Positions 1 through 7,882 of a stretch of DNA of 11,953 nt are shown here, one piece after another. Numbering within the stretch: position 1 is the first letter of the stretch; every line of letters begins with the position of its first letter. This DNA comes from an uncultured archaeon (GTDB lineage Archaea; Asgardarchaeota; Thorarchaeia; Thorarchaeales; Thorarchaeaceae). The notes under the pieces were generated by a model. The model was not told the origin of the DNA. It saw nothing but the letters and a program-made list of their open reading frames with translations, and searched no databases. The stretch spans positions 1-11,953 of the forward strand of contig CAZSWP010000068.1 of the NCBI GenBank assembly GCA_964610875.1, written 5' to 3'. Both the position numbers and the translations under genes were made by a program.

Positions 1-1
1 A

Positions 2-160
2 ACATACCTAAATCATACTCAACAGTATCAGGAAACAGTGGTAGTAGACCTAGCTTTCACTCGTCCGTCTAAAAATATTAGAAATGAAAGGGTGCTCAAC
101 AGCATGAGGAAAGGGTACTATAAAGCGGAATCGAACGTATCTCTTTTGTTGACTACATAA
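2..160 (+). CDS. Possible 3' end of a convergent plus-strand CDS, product unknown (partial)
   Basis: Frame +2 is open from the window edge to TAA at 158-160 (TYLNHTQQYQETVVVDLAFTRPSKNIRNERVLNSMRKGYYKAESNVSLLLTT*). No motif recognised; could be a chance ORF. Confidence 0.3.
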   Translation, partial: TYLNHTQQYQETVVVDLAFTRPSKNIRNERVLNSMRKGYYKAESNVSLLLTT

Positions 161-215
161 CAGTTGCATATTTCTTGTTTCAAGGTTAATAACTCTTTCA
201 AAATTATTCCACTCT

Positions 216-224
216 AAAAAACAA
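216..224 (-). terminator. Possible archaeal oligo-T terminator of the nurA-herA-mre11-rad50-JAB operon
   Basis: Minus strand reads TTGTTTTTT starting 11 nt after the JAB stop codon. U-tracts terminate archaeal transcripts, but such runs are common in AT-rich DNA. Confidence 0.3.
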
Positions 225-235
225 TCTTTAACCGT

Positions 236-997
236 CTAATCTTCATCCCAGTAAATGTCGATAATTGCGGCAACTTCTTGTATTATCTTCTCAATTTTTT
301 CAAGAATGTCTTCATTCTCATCCAAGTCCATGGTTGATATCGTTTGGTTCTCATATTTTTGTATTAATCGAACTAGTTGCCTATACTTGTTTTTGTTGAA
401 TTCTGGAGGAATAAATTCCAGAATATAACCAGTTTTTGGAGCTAACCCAATTTCATTTGCCATATTGGCAACTTCAATAATTGGCACCCAAACTGATGAC
501 TGAATTATATCATATGATGTTTTACAATAAGCTGCAATTTTGATTTCGTAATCACCAAGGGTACCACGAAGAACTCTGTCCTGATCAATATAATCCCAAG
601 AGTAATTTCTGCCCTTCTTTTCCAAGGAAACAACTAATTCGATTTCTCCCAGATATTTATTTTCATTGATATAGCCAATATCACCTTCGCTAAGATGATA
701 ATCAGGTCTTTGATCACCCCAATCTGTATGAGAATGAAATTCACCTAGTATCCAATCAAGTGATAGAAAGGATAGAACTTCATCTATTCGATTATATCGC
801 ATATCAGAGGTTTCCACACGTGAATAACCTCTCTTTGCAGATTGCATAGCAACTGCTGAGTTGACAACCATTTTCTTTCTAGAAGTAAAGACATCACCAA
901 GGAGAACTCCAGTACATTCGCGTTTGTATACCTCTATTGCATATCCCAATATTTGTGTAAGCGCACGTCCTCTAATGAGGACATCCTCTATCTCCAT
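236..997 (-). CDS. JAB/MPN+ (JAMM, Mov34/PAD-1 family) zinc metalloprotease / isopeptidase-like protein with C-terminal extension, 253 aa
   Basis: Catalytic Glu in RECTGVLLG (E27) and metal motif GEFHSH-x12-SEGD (H88, H90, S103, D106; nt 680-736). Start revised from 1090 to ATG 997, which lies 1 nt after the rad50 TGA (TGA-G-ATG) and is preceded by GGAGTGAG. Confidence 0.85.
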   Translation of the reverse strand: MEIEDVLIRGRALTQILGYAIEVYKRECTGVLLGDVFTSRKKMVVNSAVAMQSAKRGYSRVETSDMRYNRIDEVLSFLSLDWILGEFHSHTDWGDQRPDYHLSEGDIGYINENKYLGEIELVVSLEKKGRNYSWDYIDQDRVLRGTLGDYEIKIAAYCKTSYDIIQSSVWVPIIEVANMANEIGLAPKTGYILEFIPPEFNKNKYRQLVRLIQKYENQTISTMDLDENEDILEKIEKIIQEVAAIIDIYWDED

Positions 998-998
998 C

Positions 999-3815
999 TC
1001 ACTCACTCCATGTAACTGATGAAGACAATGTGTATTCATCTTTTTCGACATACAATACGCGCTGAGCAATCCTTTCGAATTCGTCGTCATGTGTTACTAT
1101 AATTATCTGCTTTGCAGGACTCACTCGGTTGAGTGTTTCGACCAGTTCAGCTCTTCTTTGATCATCAAGGAACGCAGTAGGCTCGTCCAAAATCAGGAGG
1201 TCACTACTTGCAAGAGCTCTTGCGAATCCTAAGCGTACTGAGAGACCAGCTAATACTTGTTCCCCCCCAGAGAGTCTACTCATTGGCTCAAACTCACCAA
1301 CTCGTGAGATTAGAAGATCATGGTCATCGGTAATTCTTATCCTATCGAATTCATTCGACCCCATTAAAGTCTTGAATATTTCAGAAGCGTGCTTAGAAGC
1401 TCTATGAATATCCCTTCTACGGAGTGGACGTTGTATTTCTCGATAGAACTGTCTAATGGTACCAAGTATCTCAAGAGCCTTCGTTACTCGCTCTTCATCT
1501 GCCTCAATTTCCTTTATTTGATCAAGTGCATTCTTTGATTCATTATAGTCGTTCTTCCTGGATGGGATTATATCTTCTGACAGTGCTTTCACTCTTTCTT
1601 CAAGACCCGCTCGTTTCTCTTTCAAGTCACCCACTTCGGTTTTGAGAACTGAATGCCTTTGAGTGTCATATTCAGAAACAATTCCTTCAAGCTCGATCTT
1701 ATCTCTGTCATGATTTTCCTCCATACCTTCCAGATTCTTAGTGATTTCAATCGCATCAGACAGAGATTTTGATAGATTTTTCCAAACATTGGTTTTACTT
1801 GCAAGATTATCAATCTCTAAACTTTCTTCTTCGATTTTTTGACCAATTTCTATTGATTTTAAACCAGAGATTTCTTCTTCTAATTTCGTTATTTCTTCTA
1901 CTTTTTTCTTCGCTTGGGCTTTGTCTGTAACAATTCTTTCTGCAGGATTTTTACATTCCTTTAGAGCTGCGATATCAGACAATAATTCATTGTGCATTTT
2001 CTCCAGTGTTTCCAAGTCAAATTCCTTGAGTTCTCCGCTGATTGTTTCCATTTTTACCTCAATGTTTTCTAATTCTGTCCTGTATTCATCAAGTTCGTCT
2101 TTTAATGAACTATCGATTTCATGGTAATCCCTTGCTTGCAAGACTTTCTCCTTTTTTTTCTTTAATTTTTCAAGTTCTTTTTTCGATTCAATTAACTCCT
2201 TTTCAATTGTTGATTCTTGGTTTTCTAAAGAAACTATAATTTCACCAATATTGGAGAGTTTTTCTTTGAATTCTTTTTCTAGACGATTAGCATGCTTCTC
2301 ATCAATAATCTGTTTACATTTTGGACATTTCTTACCAATAGCTTTACTCAAATCTGCGATTTGTTTCTCTATACTCTCAACAATAGTCTGTTGTCGTGTG
2401 ATTTCTTTTTGAATTCTATGAAGCTCAGAGTCTTTTTCTTCAATATTTGAGGCAAGACTTGATATTTTAGGAGAGATGCCTCTTAGATCTGTTTCTGCTA
2501 GGTCAATCCAACTATCACCTAAATCAGCTTTGGCTTTTCTTGCATTCTTCTTACATTTGGTCAAAGACTTGGATATTTCTCTATTGAAGCCACCGGCTTT
2601 GATTTCATTCTCCTTTAGTCTTGTGTTAAGTTGCTCAGCTTTTTCAAGCTCCTCTTCGAGACTCGCATTCTTGGTAGATTTTTCGGTTATTTCTTTCTCA
2701 ATTTCAGAGGGCCATATCTTTTCATGAATTTTCTCAAGTCTTGGTATTATTGCCAGAATTGAACTGCTACTCTTATCAATCTCTAATTTCAGTTTGGTCA
2801 ATTCTTCCTGCAACTTTCCAAGATGTTTTTCAGATGTTTCAAGTTGTTGCTTTTGTGCTAAAAGCGTAGTTTTCTTTTCTCTTGCCTCATCCAGTTTGGA
2901 TTGTGTTACTTTTCCTTGTTCTTCTGCTTCTTTTTGTATTGATTCATAGGATTCCAAATCTCTTTTCTTCGGTGTTTTAATTGATAGTTCATCAATATAC
3001 TTCTTAATTTCTTCATGTTTCTTTTCTAATAGACCATGCTCTCTGCTTAGAGATTCTTGTTGTTGTTCAATCTTTGCTTTCAAAATACCAATTTTCTTGT
3101 CAAGTTCTTCGAGATATTCATATTCAGGTTCAAATTTCTTCAACGACTTTTTGACCTCTGTTAATTCCTGCTTCTTCTTCTTCAGAGATTCTTTGGCTTC
3201 GTCAAGTGCTTCTTTTCGCTCATCTAATTTCCCCGCAGTTTCTCTATATGCACCATCTACTTTGGAATATTGATCTTGTTTATTTTGAAGTGTTGATTTA
3301 ATTCTTGCACACTTTTCAAAAGCTTGCTCGTATTCATGTATTCCCAACAATTTATCGAATAGTTTCTTTCTTTTGCCAGCAGTCATGTCTATAATTTCAG
3401 CAATTTCCCCCTGCTGCACCATTACAACATCTCTGAAAACCTCTTTGCTTATTTGCAGAATACTGGCAACCTCCTTATCTACACCAGTTTGAGTTTCTGC
3501 TTTATCTTCATCTAACACCAAGTCTTTCAGATAGGCGGAGGGACTGCCACTTGCACGGAGCTTTCGTTCTATTTGGTATTCTCTACCTTGATGTTCGAAA
3601 TAGAGCTCAAAATCAGCTGCTGATTGATTTGTCCGGACCATTTGATCCTTTGTGTCAGTAGTAGTTTCACTGAACATACTATAGAGTATTGATTGTAGGA
3701 TTGTACTTTTTCCGGATCCATTCCGACCGATAATTACATTCTTTCCTGTAGTAAACGGAATGTCTACATCTTCATAGCATTTGACATTACTCATCTTGAG
3801 TGATTTTATAATCAA
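999..3815 (-). CDS. rad50: DNA double-strand break repair ATPase Rad50 (SbcC/SMC-like ABC ATPase), 938 aa
   Basis: Walker A GRNGSGKS, Q-loop MVQQGEI, long coiled coil, central zinc hook CPKC (nt 2316-2327, residue 497), signature LSGGE, Walker B/D-loop LLILDEPTAFLD, H-loop VTHD. TTG start directly abuts the mre11 stop, with RBS GGAGGTGG at 3823-3830. Confidence 0.95.
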   Translation of the reverse strand: MIIKSLKMSNVKCYEDVDIPFTTGKNVIIGRNGSGKSTILQSILYSMFSETTTDTKDQMVRTNQSAADFELYFEHQGREYQIERKLRASGSPSAYLKDLVLDEDKAETQTGVDKEVASILQISKEVFRDVVMVQQGEIAEIIDMTAGKRKKLFDKLLGIHEYEQAFEKCARIKSTLQNKQDQYSKVDGAYRETAGKLDERKEALDEAKESLKKKKQELTEVKKSLKKFEPEYEYLEELDKKIGILKAKIEQQQESLSREHGLLEKKHEEIKKYIDELSIKTPKKRDLESYESIQKEAEEQGKVTQSKLDEAREKKTTLLAQKQQLETSEKHLGKLQEELTKLKLEIDKSSSSILAIIPRLEKIHEKIWPSEIEKEITEKSTKNASLEEELEKAEQLNTRLKENEIKAGGFNREISKSLTKCKKNARKAKADLGDSWIDLAETDLRGISPKISSLASNIEEKDSELHRIQKEITRQQTIVESIEKQIADLSKAIGKKCPKCKQIIDEKHANRLEKEFKEKLSNIGEIIVSLENQESTIEKELIESKKELEKLKKKKEKVLQARDYHEIDSSLKDELDEYRTELENIEVKMETISGELKEFDLETLEKMHNELLSDIAALKECKNPAERIVTDKAQAKKKVEEITKLEEEISGLKSIEIGQKIEEESLEIDNLASKTNVWKNLSKSLSDAIEITKNLEGMEENHDRDKIELEGIVSEYDTQRHSVLKTEVGDLKEKRAGLEERVKALSEDIIPSRKNDYNESKNALDQIKEIEADEERVTKALEILGTIRQFYREIQRPLRRRDIHRASKHASEIFKTLMGSNEFDRIRITDDHDLLISRVGEFEPMSRLSGGEQVLAGLSVRLGFARALASSDLLILDEPTAFLDDQRRAELVETLNRVSPAKQIIIVTHDDEFERIAQRVLYVEKDEYTLSSSVTWSE

Positions 3816-5036
3816 CTATTTCCCACCTCCTTTATTCGTAGACTGTACTTCTGCGAAATTGTATAGTAGACGGATGAGTGTGTCCTCGCCCTTGTCATCT
3901 AGAGTATCTGTAAGAATCGATTTCATCTCTTCAGCTAAATGCACCCATTTACCAGCTTGTTTTTCAGATATGTCAAACTTCTCTGTAAACACTTCTTTCA
4001 TGACCTCATCATTCGAAATATCATCTCTAATTGGTAAACCTGCATAATCAAATTCAGGATAGATAGACACATGAAAAGCCTGCTTAGCAGCTTTGATTGC
4101 AGAACCAATATCTAGTACCTGCTGTGTGTCTGTTAGAATACCACTTACATCCAATCTGATGATAGCGTCCTTTCTATCCATCGATACTATTAGTTCAGTC
4201 ATCTTTTTGACAGCATCTACTGTTGTGATACTTCCAAAGTCAATTCTCTTGCGGACCTTAGGTCGAACTGCATATTGAAGTCTTTCAATATCTGGTTTCC
4301 ATTTATTGCCTTTCTTAGAGAGAGTAATCAAAGCAATCGATCTCTCTGGTTCATTCCACTCAGCAGCTGAAACGTGCTCAGTGGAACCAGATGAACAAAT
4401 ATCCTTGGTCCCATTCATCCACCAACCGTGATAATGACCAATCCCAATGTAATCAAATCCATATTGATGTAGAGCATACTCGCTTAGCTCAGCTGATTCA
4501 ATCCAGTTATCTAAGAAAGCATGGAGAATAAGCACATTGGGTATTTCTGACTTATCCAAAGCTTCTTTATTTTCTTCAACTAGTTTAGATAGTTTTGCAC
4601 CTGTTTCATTCCCAAAGTATCCTAAACCCCAAATCCGAATTCGTTCGCCATTGTCTAACTCAATTTCTGAATACTCGTCCTTGAGATACGTTAGTAGGCC
4701 CAAATCTTCAAGCACATCAATCTCATTTCCACCTTGTCTCTCACTCCAAGCATATGATGCATCATGATTACCTCTTATTGAAAATACGGGAATTCCTGCC
4801 TCTTTGAAAAGACCAAAGATGCGGAAAGCATGACGTTGGTCAGCAGGATATGGGCGTGGTCGATGAAAAATATCACCAGGAACTAATACAAGATTGGGTG
4901 CTTGTTCTATTATTATTTCAGCAGCATTCATTGCAGCATCAAAGAAATCGATAGATCGTTTGAATTTCCCATATTGTCTATAGCCAAGATGCAGATCAGA
5001 CATCTGACCTATTCGTATCTCTGTATTTTTACTCAA
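3816..5036 (-). CDS. mre11: DNA double-strand break repair nuclease Mre11 (SbcD-like calcineurin-fold phosphoesterase), ~406 aa
   Basis: Phosphoesterase motifs SDLHLG, GDIFH, RGNHD, ILHA and GHYH, then SGSTE and a capping-domain-like region; lies directly upstream of rad50. TTG 5036 (TTGA overlap with the herA stop, GGAGTGA at 5043-5049 six nt upstream) is preferred over TTG 5042. Confidence 0.95.
   Translation of the reverse strand: MSKNTEIRIGQMSDLHLGYRQYGKFKRSIDFFDAAMNAAEIIIEQAPNLVLVPGDIFHRPRPYPADQRHAFRIFGLFKEAGIPVFSIRGNHDASYAWSERQGGNEIDVLEDLGLLTYLKDEYSEIELDNGERIRIWGLGYFGNETGAKLSKLVEENKEALDKSEIPNVLILHAFLDNWIESAELSEYALHQYGFDYIGIGHYHGWWMNGTKDICSSGSTEHVSAAEWNEPERSIALITLSKKGNKWKPDIERLQYAVRPKVRKRIDFGSITTVDAVKKMTELIVSMDRKDAIIRLDVSGILTDTQQVLDIGSAIKAAKQAFHVSIYPEFDYAGLPIRDDISNDEVMKEVFTEKFDISEKQAGKWVHLAEEMKSILTDTLDDKGEDTLIRLLYNFAEVQSTNKGGGK
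3823..3830 (-). promoter_or_regulatory. Shine-Dalgarno site for rad50
   Basis: GGAGGTGG lies 7 nt upstream of TTG 3815, embedded in the last codons of mre11. Confidence 0.75.
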
Positions 5037-6616
5037 TCCCAATCACTCCGCTCAAATGCACCATCATCACCACTTTTTCTCTTTCTAGTTCTGGGTTTAT
5101 CCCCTTGTCCTTTCTTCCAATGACTCACAATATCAATATCCTCACCACCAAGAGTTCCTTGATATTTGTCAATCTTGACGAGTGCAGGGAGATTTACTGC
5201 CGGTCCAACTACAACAGCTTCTCCAACATTCAAACTTGGAAGCTCTGTCATCAATTCTTTACTCAGAGACTCAGCAGAATTCTCTATGTTTTTTTGATCT
5301 CTGGGATTAACAACCCTCAAAACAATCATACTATTACATTGCGAGAGAACGTTGGAGTCAATTTTACCAGGTCTCTGTGACACAACACATAGTCCAATTC
5401 CAAATTTCCGTCCTTCAGAAGCAATCCTTTGAAGTATTCTCTTAGATGGCACTTTTTCATCAGCGGGTATGAAATTGTGGGATTCTTCTACTACAACAAA
5501 TACAGGGCATGGAATCTTTTCTTCGTTTTCTATATCTCTTTTCCATGCAATACCACCACGGAGCATCTTTTCTGTAACACGATGGACAATCGCTTGTTGT
5601 ACATCATTATCAAGGCCTGCTAGAGAGAGAACTGTCATCTTACCTTCATTGATGAGGCCTGGGGAACTAGGACTTGAAAGAGGAATTTCTTCGGTTTTAT
5701 CAAAGATAAGGAACTCCGTTGTTTCTCTCATTCTATCCAAGATGGCACGATATTGTTCTGATTCTCCATCATCTGAAGATTGACGCAGCGCTTCCAATAA
5801 ATCATCATAGTCCCATTCTCTTCCTTTGAGAGATTCGAAGGCTTTTCTAAATAATCCCCTTTGTTTTGTAGCGTTTGATGGAACCCGAATTATGGAAAGA
5901 TAATCACTTGCGGAGAACCCGTTGAACCTGAATCTGAGAGGATGTATACCCTTAGTTGGATTTCCTTCAATAGAGAAACAGACCATTTTATCACCAAAAT
6001 CGTTTCTCATTGAAACATATTCACTATGAGGGTCAATAATCACAACGGACCCACCCATTTCCAAAATCCTAGAGATGATTATTGCTACTGTGTTACCCTT
6101 TCCTCCACCAGTAATTGCCAAAATTGCCAGATGTCTTCGAACTAGCTCATTCACATCCAAACAGACCTCAACCTCTTCGTTTGTGAGGAGATGACCTACT
6201 CTAATGTCACCTTTTCCAAATGCTCTCTGGAGTAGTGATACAGGTGCACGCCTGACATCGGCACCAGGGGGTGGCGAGAATCTGGGTATTTCAAGTTCGT
6301 TTGCAGTGTTCAAGAATCCCAGAATTCTAACCTCTGCTGTCAAAACTTCACCGTCTACTAAATTCCCAATTCTTGACAATGCTTCAAATTCTCTTGGGCT
6401 TGTAAGAATCGATGTAGGCATATTGAGATTTGTTAGTCCTATTTCAGCCACTGTTGCTAGAACTGGTTCTTTGAATTCTTTACATTCATAGTCTATAACT
6501 AGATATTCGCCTAGCCTTAACGGATCAGTGCGAGCTATTGTAGGATCAACACAAACAGTTACCTCTGTCGGAGTTGTTGTTCCTAATAGATTGCCAATGT
6601 TCTGCTGTTCTTCCAT
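5033..6616 (-). CDS. herA: HerA bipolar DNA helicase/translocase (FtsK-HerA ATPase with N-terminal HAS barrel), 527 aa
   Basis: HAS-barrel-like N-terminus (IGNLLGTTTP...LGEYLVI...PPPGADV), RHLAILAITGGGKGNT Walker A, IIDPHSEY, Walker B VVVEESHNF, RIASEGRKFGIG, VSQRP, LPSLNVGEAVVVG. RBS AGGAGGA at 6624-6630. Confidence 0.94.
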   Translation of the reverse strand: MEEQQNIGNLLGTTTPTEVTVCVDPTIARTDPLRLGEYLVIDYECKEFKEPVLATVAEIGLTNLNMPTSILTSPREFEALSRIGNLVDGEVLTAEVRILGFLNTANELEIPRFSPPPGADVRRAPVSLLQRAFGKGDIRVGHLLTNEEVEVCLDVNELVRRHLAILAITGGGKGNTVAIIISRILEMGGSVVIIDPHSEYVSMRNDFGDKMVCFSIEGNPTKGIHPLRFRFNGFSASDYLSIIRVPSNATKQRGLFRKAFESLKGREWDYDDLLEALRQSSDDGESEQYRAILDRMRETTEFLIFDKTEEIPLSSPSSPGLINEGKMTVLSLAGLDNDVQQAIVHRVTEKMLRGGIAWKRDIENEEKIPCPVFVVVEESHNFIPADEKVPSKRILQRIASEGRKFGIGLCVVSQRPGKIDSNVLSQCNSMIVLRVVNPRDQKNIENSAESLSKELMTELPSLNVGEAVVVGPAVNLPALVKIDKYQGTLGGEDIDIVSHWKKGQGDKPRTRKRKSGDDGAFERSDWD

Positions 6617-6623
6617 AGTTATT

Positions 6624-6630
6624 TCCTCCT
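6624..6630 (-). promoter_or_regulatory. Shine-Dalgarno site for herA overlapping the nurA stop codon
   Basis: Minus strand reads TAGGAGGAAATAACTATG: the nurA TAG runs into AGGAGGA, 7 nt before ATG 6616. Confidence 0.75.
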
Positions 6631-7726
6631 AACCAAATCTACTCCTTCTTTGACTTCCAAAAATGAACTGGGCGGATGGCATATCCTTTTTCGCAATTGA
6701 TGAAACAATGAGATGCTCTAGGGAGTTTGCAAGCTTCTTTGGAATAGTAGCTTTATTGTGTACGATATGCGATGGTAGTAGATACCCATTCCCATCATGC
6801 ATCGAAACCATGAATCTTCTGATGCTCTCCAAATGCTTCTCTTGATCTTCAAGATAGTCCAAACGAAAGACTGGAGCTCTTGGTTTTAGAATCCCGTACA
6901 TTGTTCTGAATTTCCCGCGCCCTTCAGTAAGAATATCGTTCTCCAGAAGATATTGTTTCACTCTAGGTATTTCCAGATAACTTGCATCAATTGGAGAAGT
7001 AAATCCCACCCTTTCACCCGCAAGGAGAGATACCAAAGTGGTATCAGTGAAACGCTTTCCAAGATTGAATTTTCTTGATAATACACGGGAACGAGGGTCT
7101 TTTGCTGCACCAATAAGAGGTATGTCTAGTACTTGGCATTGCTGTATCAAGATATCATATCGTTTCATGAATTGCATGAAGCTCTGGAAGTATTCGTATT
7201 GAGGGCTGTCATCAGGAACTGGCTTTGAGAAATATTGTAGAGTCGAGTGCGGTACACCCATGGTTGCATAACTAGCCAATCCATTATCCAAAATTACGAA
7301 GTCGGGTTTATGATTTAGTAGCTCTAGGATGCATTCAATCTCGAGAATATTCCGTTTCAATCCTACTAATCTATCGACATTTCTTGGGAGACTTGTAAAC
7401 CCTACATCTGTCTTTTCATACCATTTTACTGGTTGATCAGGTTCGAAAAGTCCAGCAGCAGCTTTTACAACATACAGACTTCCTCCTATCAAGTCAGTGA
7501 ATGCAGACCCACCGTCTACCCAAAGGGATTTGGTGTCAGAGTCTAATGCAGTTGATTCGGATAGTTCAATATCTATTCCCTTTATTTGATCCTTGAAACG
7601 ACGCATCTCATGAAGAATCTTATCTGAAAATTCTCTGATGTGCTCAATCCAATGTGGTTCTAGCCCATCATTAGAACCTAATTCACTATTCAATTGAAAT
7701 AACTCCCGGATAGTATTTGTATGCAC
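6629..7726 (-). CDS. nurA: NurA 5'-3' nuclease (RNase H-like fold), up to 365 aa
   Basis: WVDGGS (first catalytic Asp), LE helix then VILDNGL (second Asp), IGAAK, FRLDY, and C-terminal GYLLPSHIVHNKATI matching GYPxxLxxAHxxAxI; adjacent to herA. Start uncertain: GTG 7726, or TTG 7693 with GGGAG 9 nt upstream. Confidence 0.88.
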   Translation of the reverse strand: MHTNTIRELFQLNSELGSNDGLEPHWIEHIREFSDKILHEMRRFKDQIKGIDIELSESTALDSDTKSLWVDGGSAFTDLIGGSLYVVKAAAGLFEPDQPVKWYEKTDVGFTSLPRNVDRLVGLKRNILEIECILELLNHKPDFVILDNGLASYATMGVPHSTLQYFSKPVPDDSPQYEYFQSFMQFMKRYDILIQQCQVLDIPLIGAAKDPRSRVLSRKFNLGKRFTDTTLVSLLAGERVGFTSPIDASYLEIPRVKQYLLENDILTEGRGKFRTMYGILKPRAPVFRLDYLEDQEKHLESIRRFMVSMHDGNGYLLPSHIVHNKATIPKKLANSLEHLIVSSIAKKDMPSAQFIFGSQRRSRFG

Positions 7727-7776
7727 TTTTCTCTAAAGACATGCATGCTCGGTTACTCCGAGCTTTAAGCCAGTAT

Positions 7777-7872
7777 ATTGTCCCATAATGGACACACCAT
7801 TATTGAATCAATGTTGCCTAGTAGCCCTCAGGTAGTTGGTATAGTATATCCAACTCTATTAAAACTTGAGGG
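7777..7872. promoter_or_regulatory. Cluster of inverted repeats in the STAND-nurA intergenic region
   Basis: ATAATGG-N5-CCATTAT (7785-7803) nested in ATTG...CAAT (7777-7812); AGTTGG...CCAACT (7834-7855) nested in CCCTCA...TGAGGG (7825-7872). Function not established. Confidence 0.4.
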
Positions 7873-7882
7873 AGAATATCCC

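Noticed and set aside
236-997. JAB gene as part of CBASS or an E1/E2/ubiquitin operon
   Set aside because: No cyclase, E1, E2 or ubiquitin-like (C-terminal GG) gene is visible in this window. Genes outside the window cannot be excluded.
998-1090. 31-aa N-terminal extension of the JAB ORF given in the ORF track
   Set aside because: It overlaps the conserved rad50 C-terminus. ATG 997 has an SD and a coupled junction, and the MPN domain starts there.
1622-1813. 63-aa minus-strand ORF inside rad50
   Set aside because: Out-of-frame nested ORF with no motif or RBS; likely chance.
1500-3300. Repetitive TTC/TTT-rich low-complexity DNA
   Set aside because: Explained by Glu/Lys codons of the Rad50 coiled coil; no true tandem repeat or array.
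999-3815. Alternative identity as condensin SMC or Wadjet JetC
   Set aside because: A central CPKC zinc hook rather than a hinge domain, and adjacency to mre11, indicate Rad50.
1921-6845. Multiple 60-104 aa plus-strand ORFs (Ser/Phe/Leu-rich)
   Set aside because: Antisense shadows of Glu/Lys-rich coding sequence in well-supported minus-strand genes.
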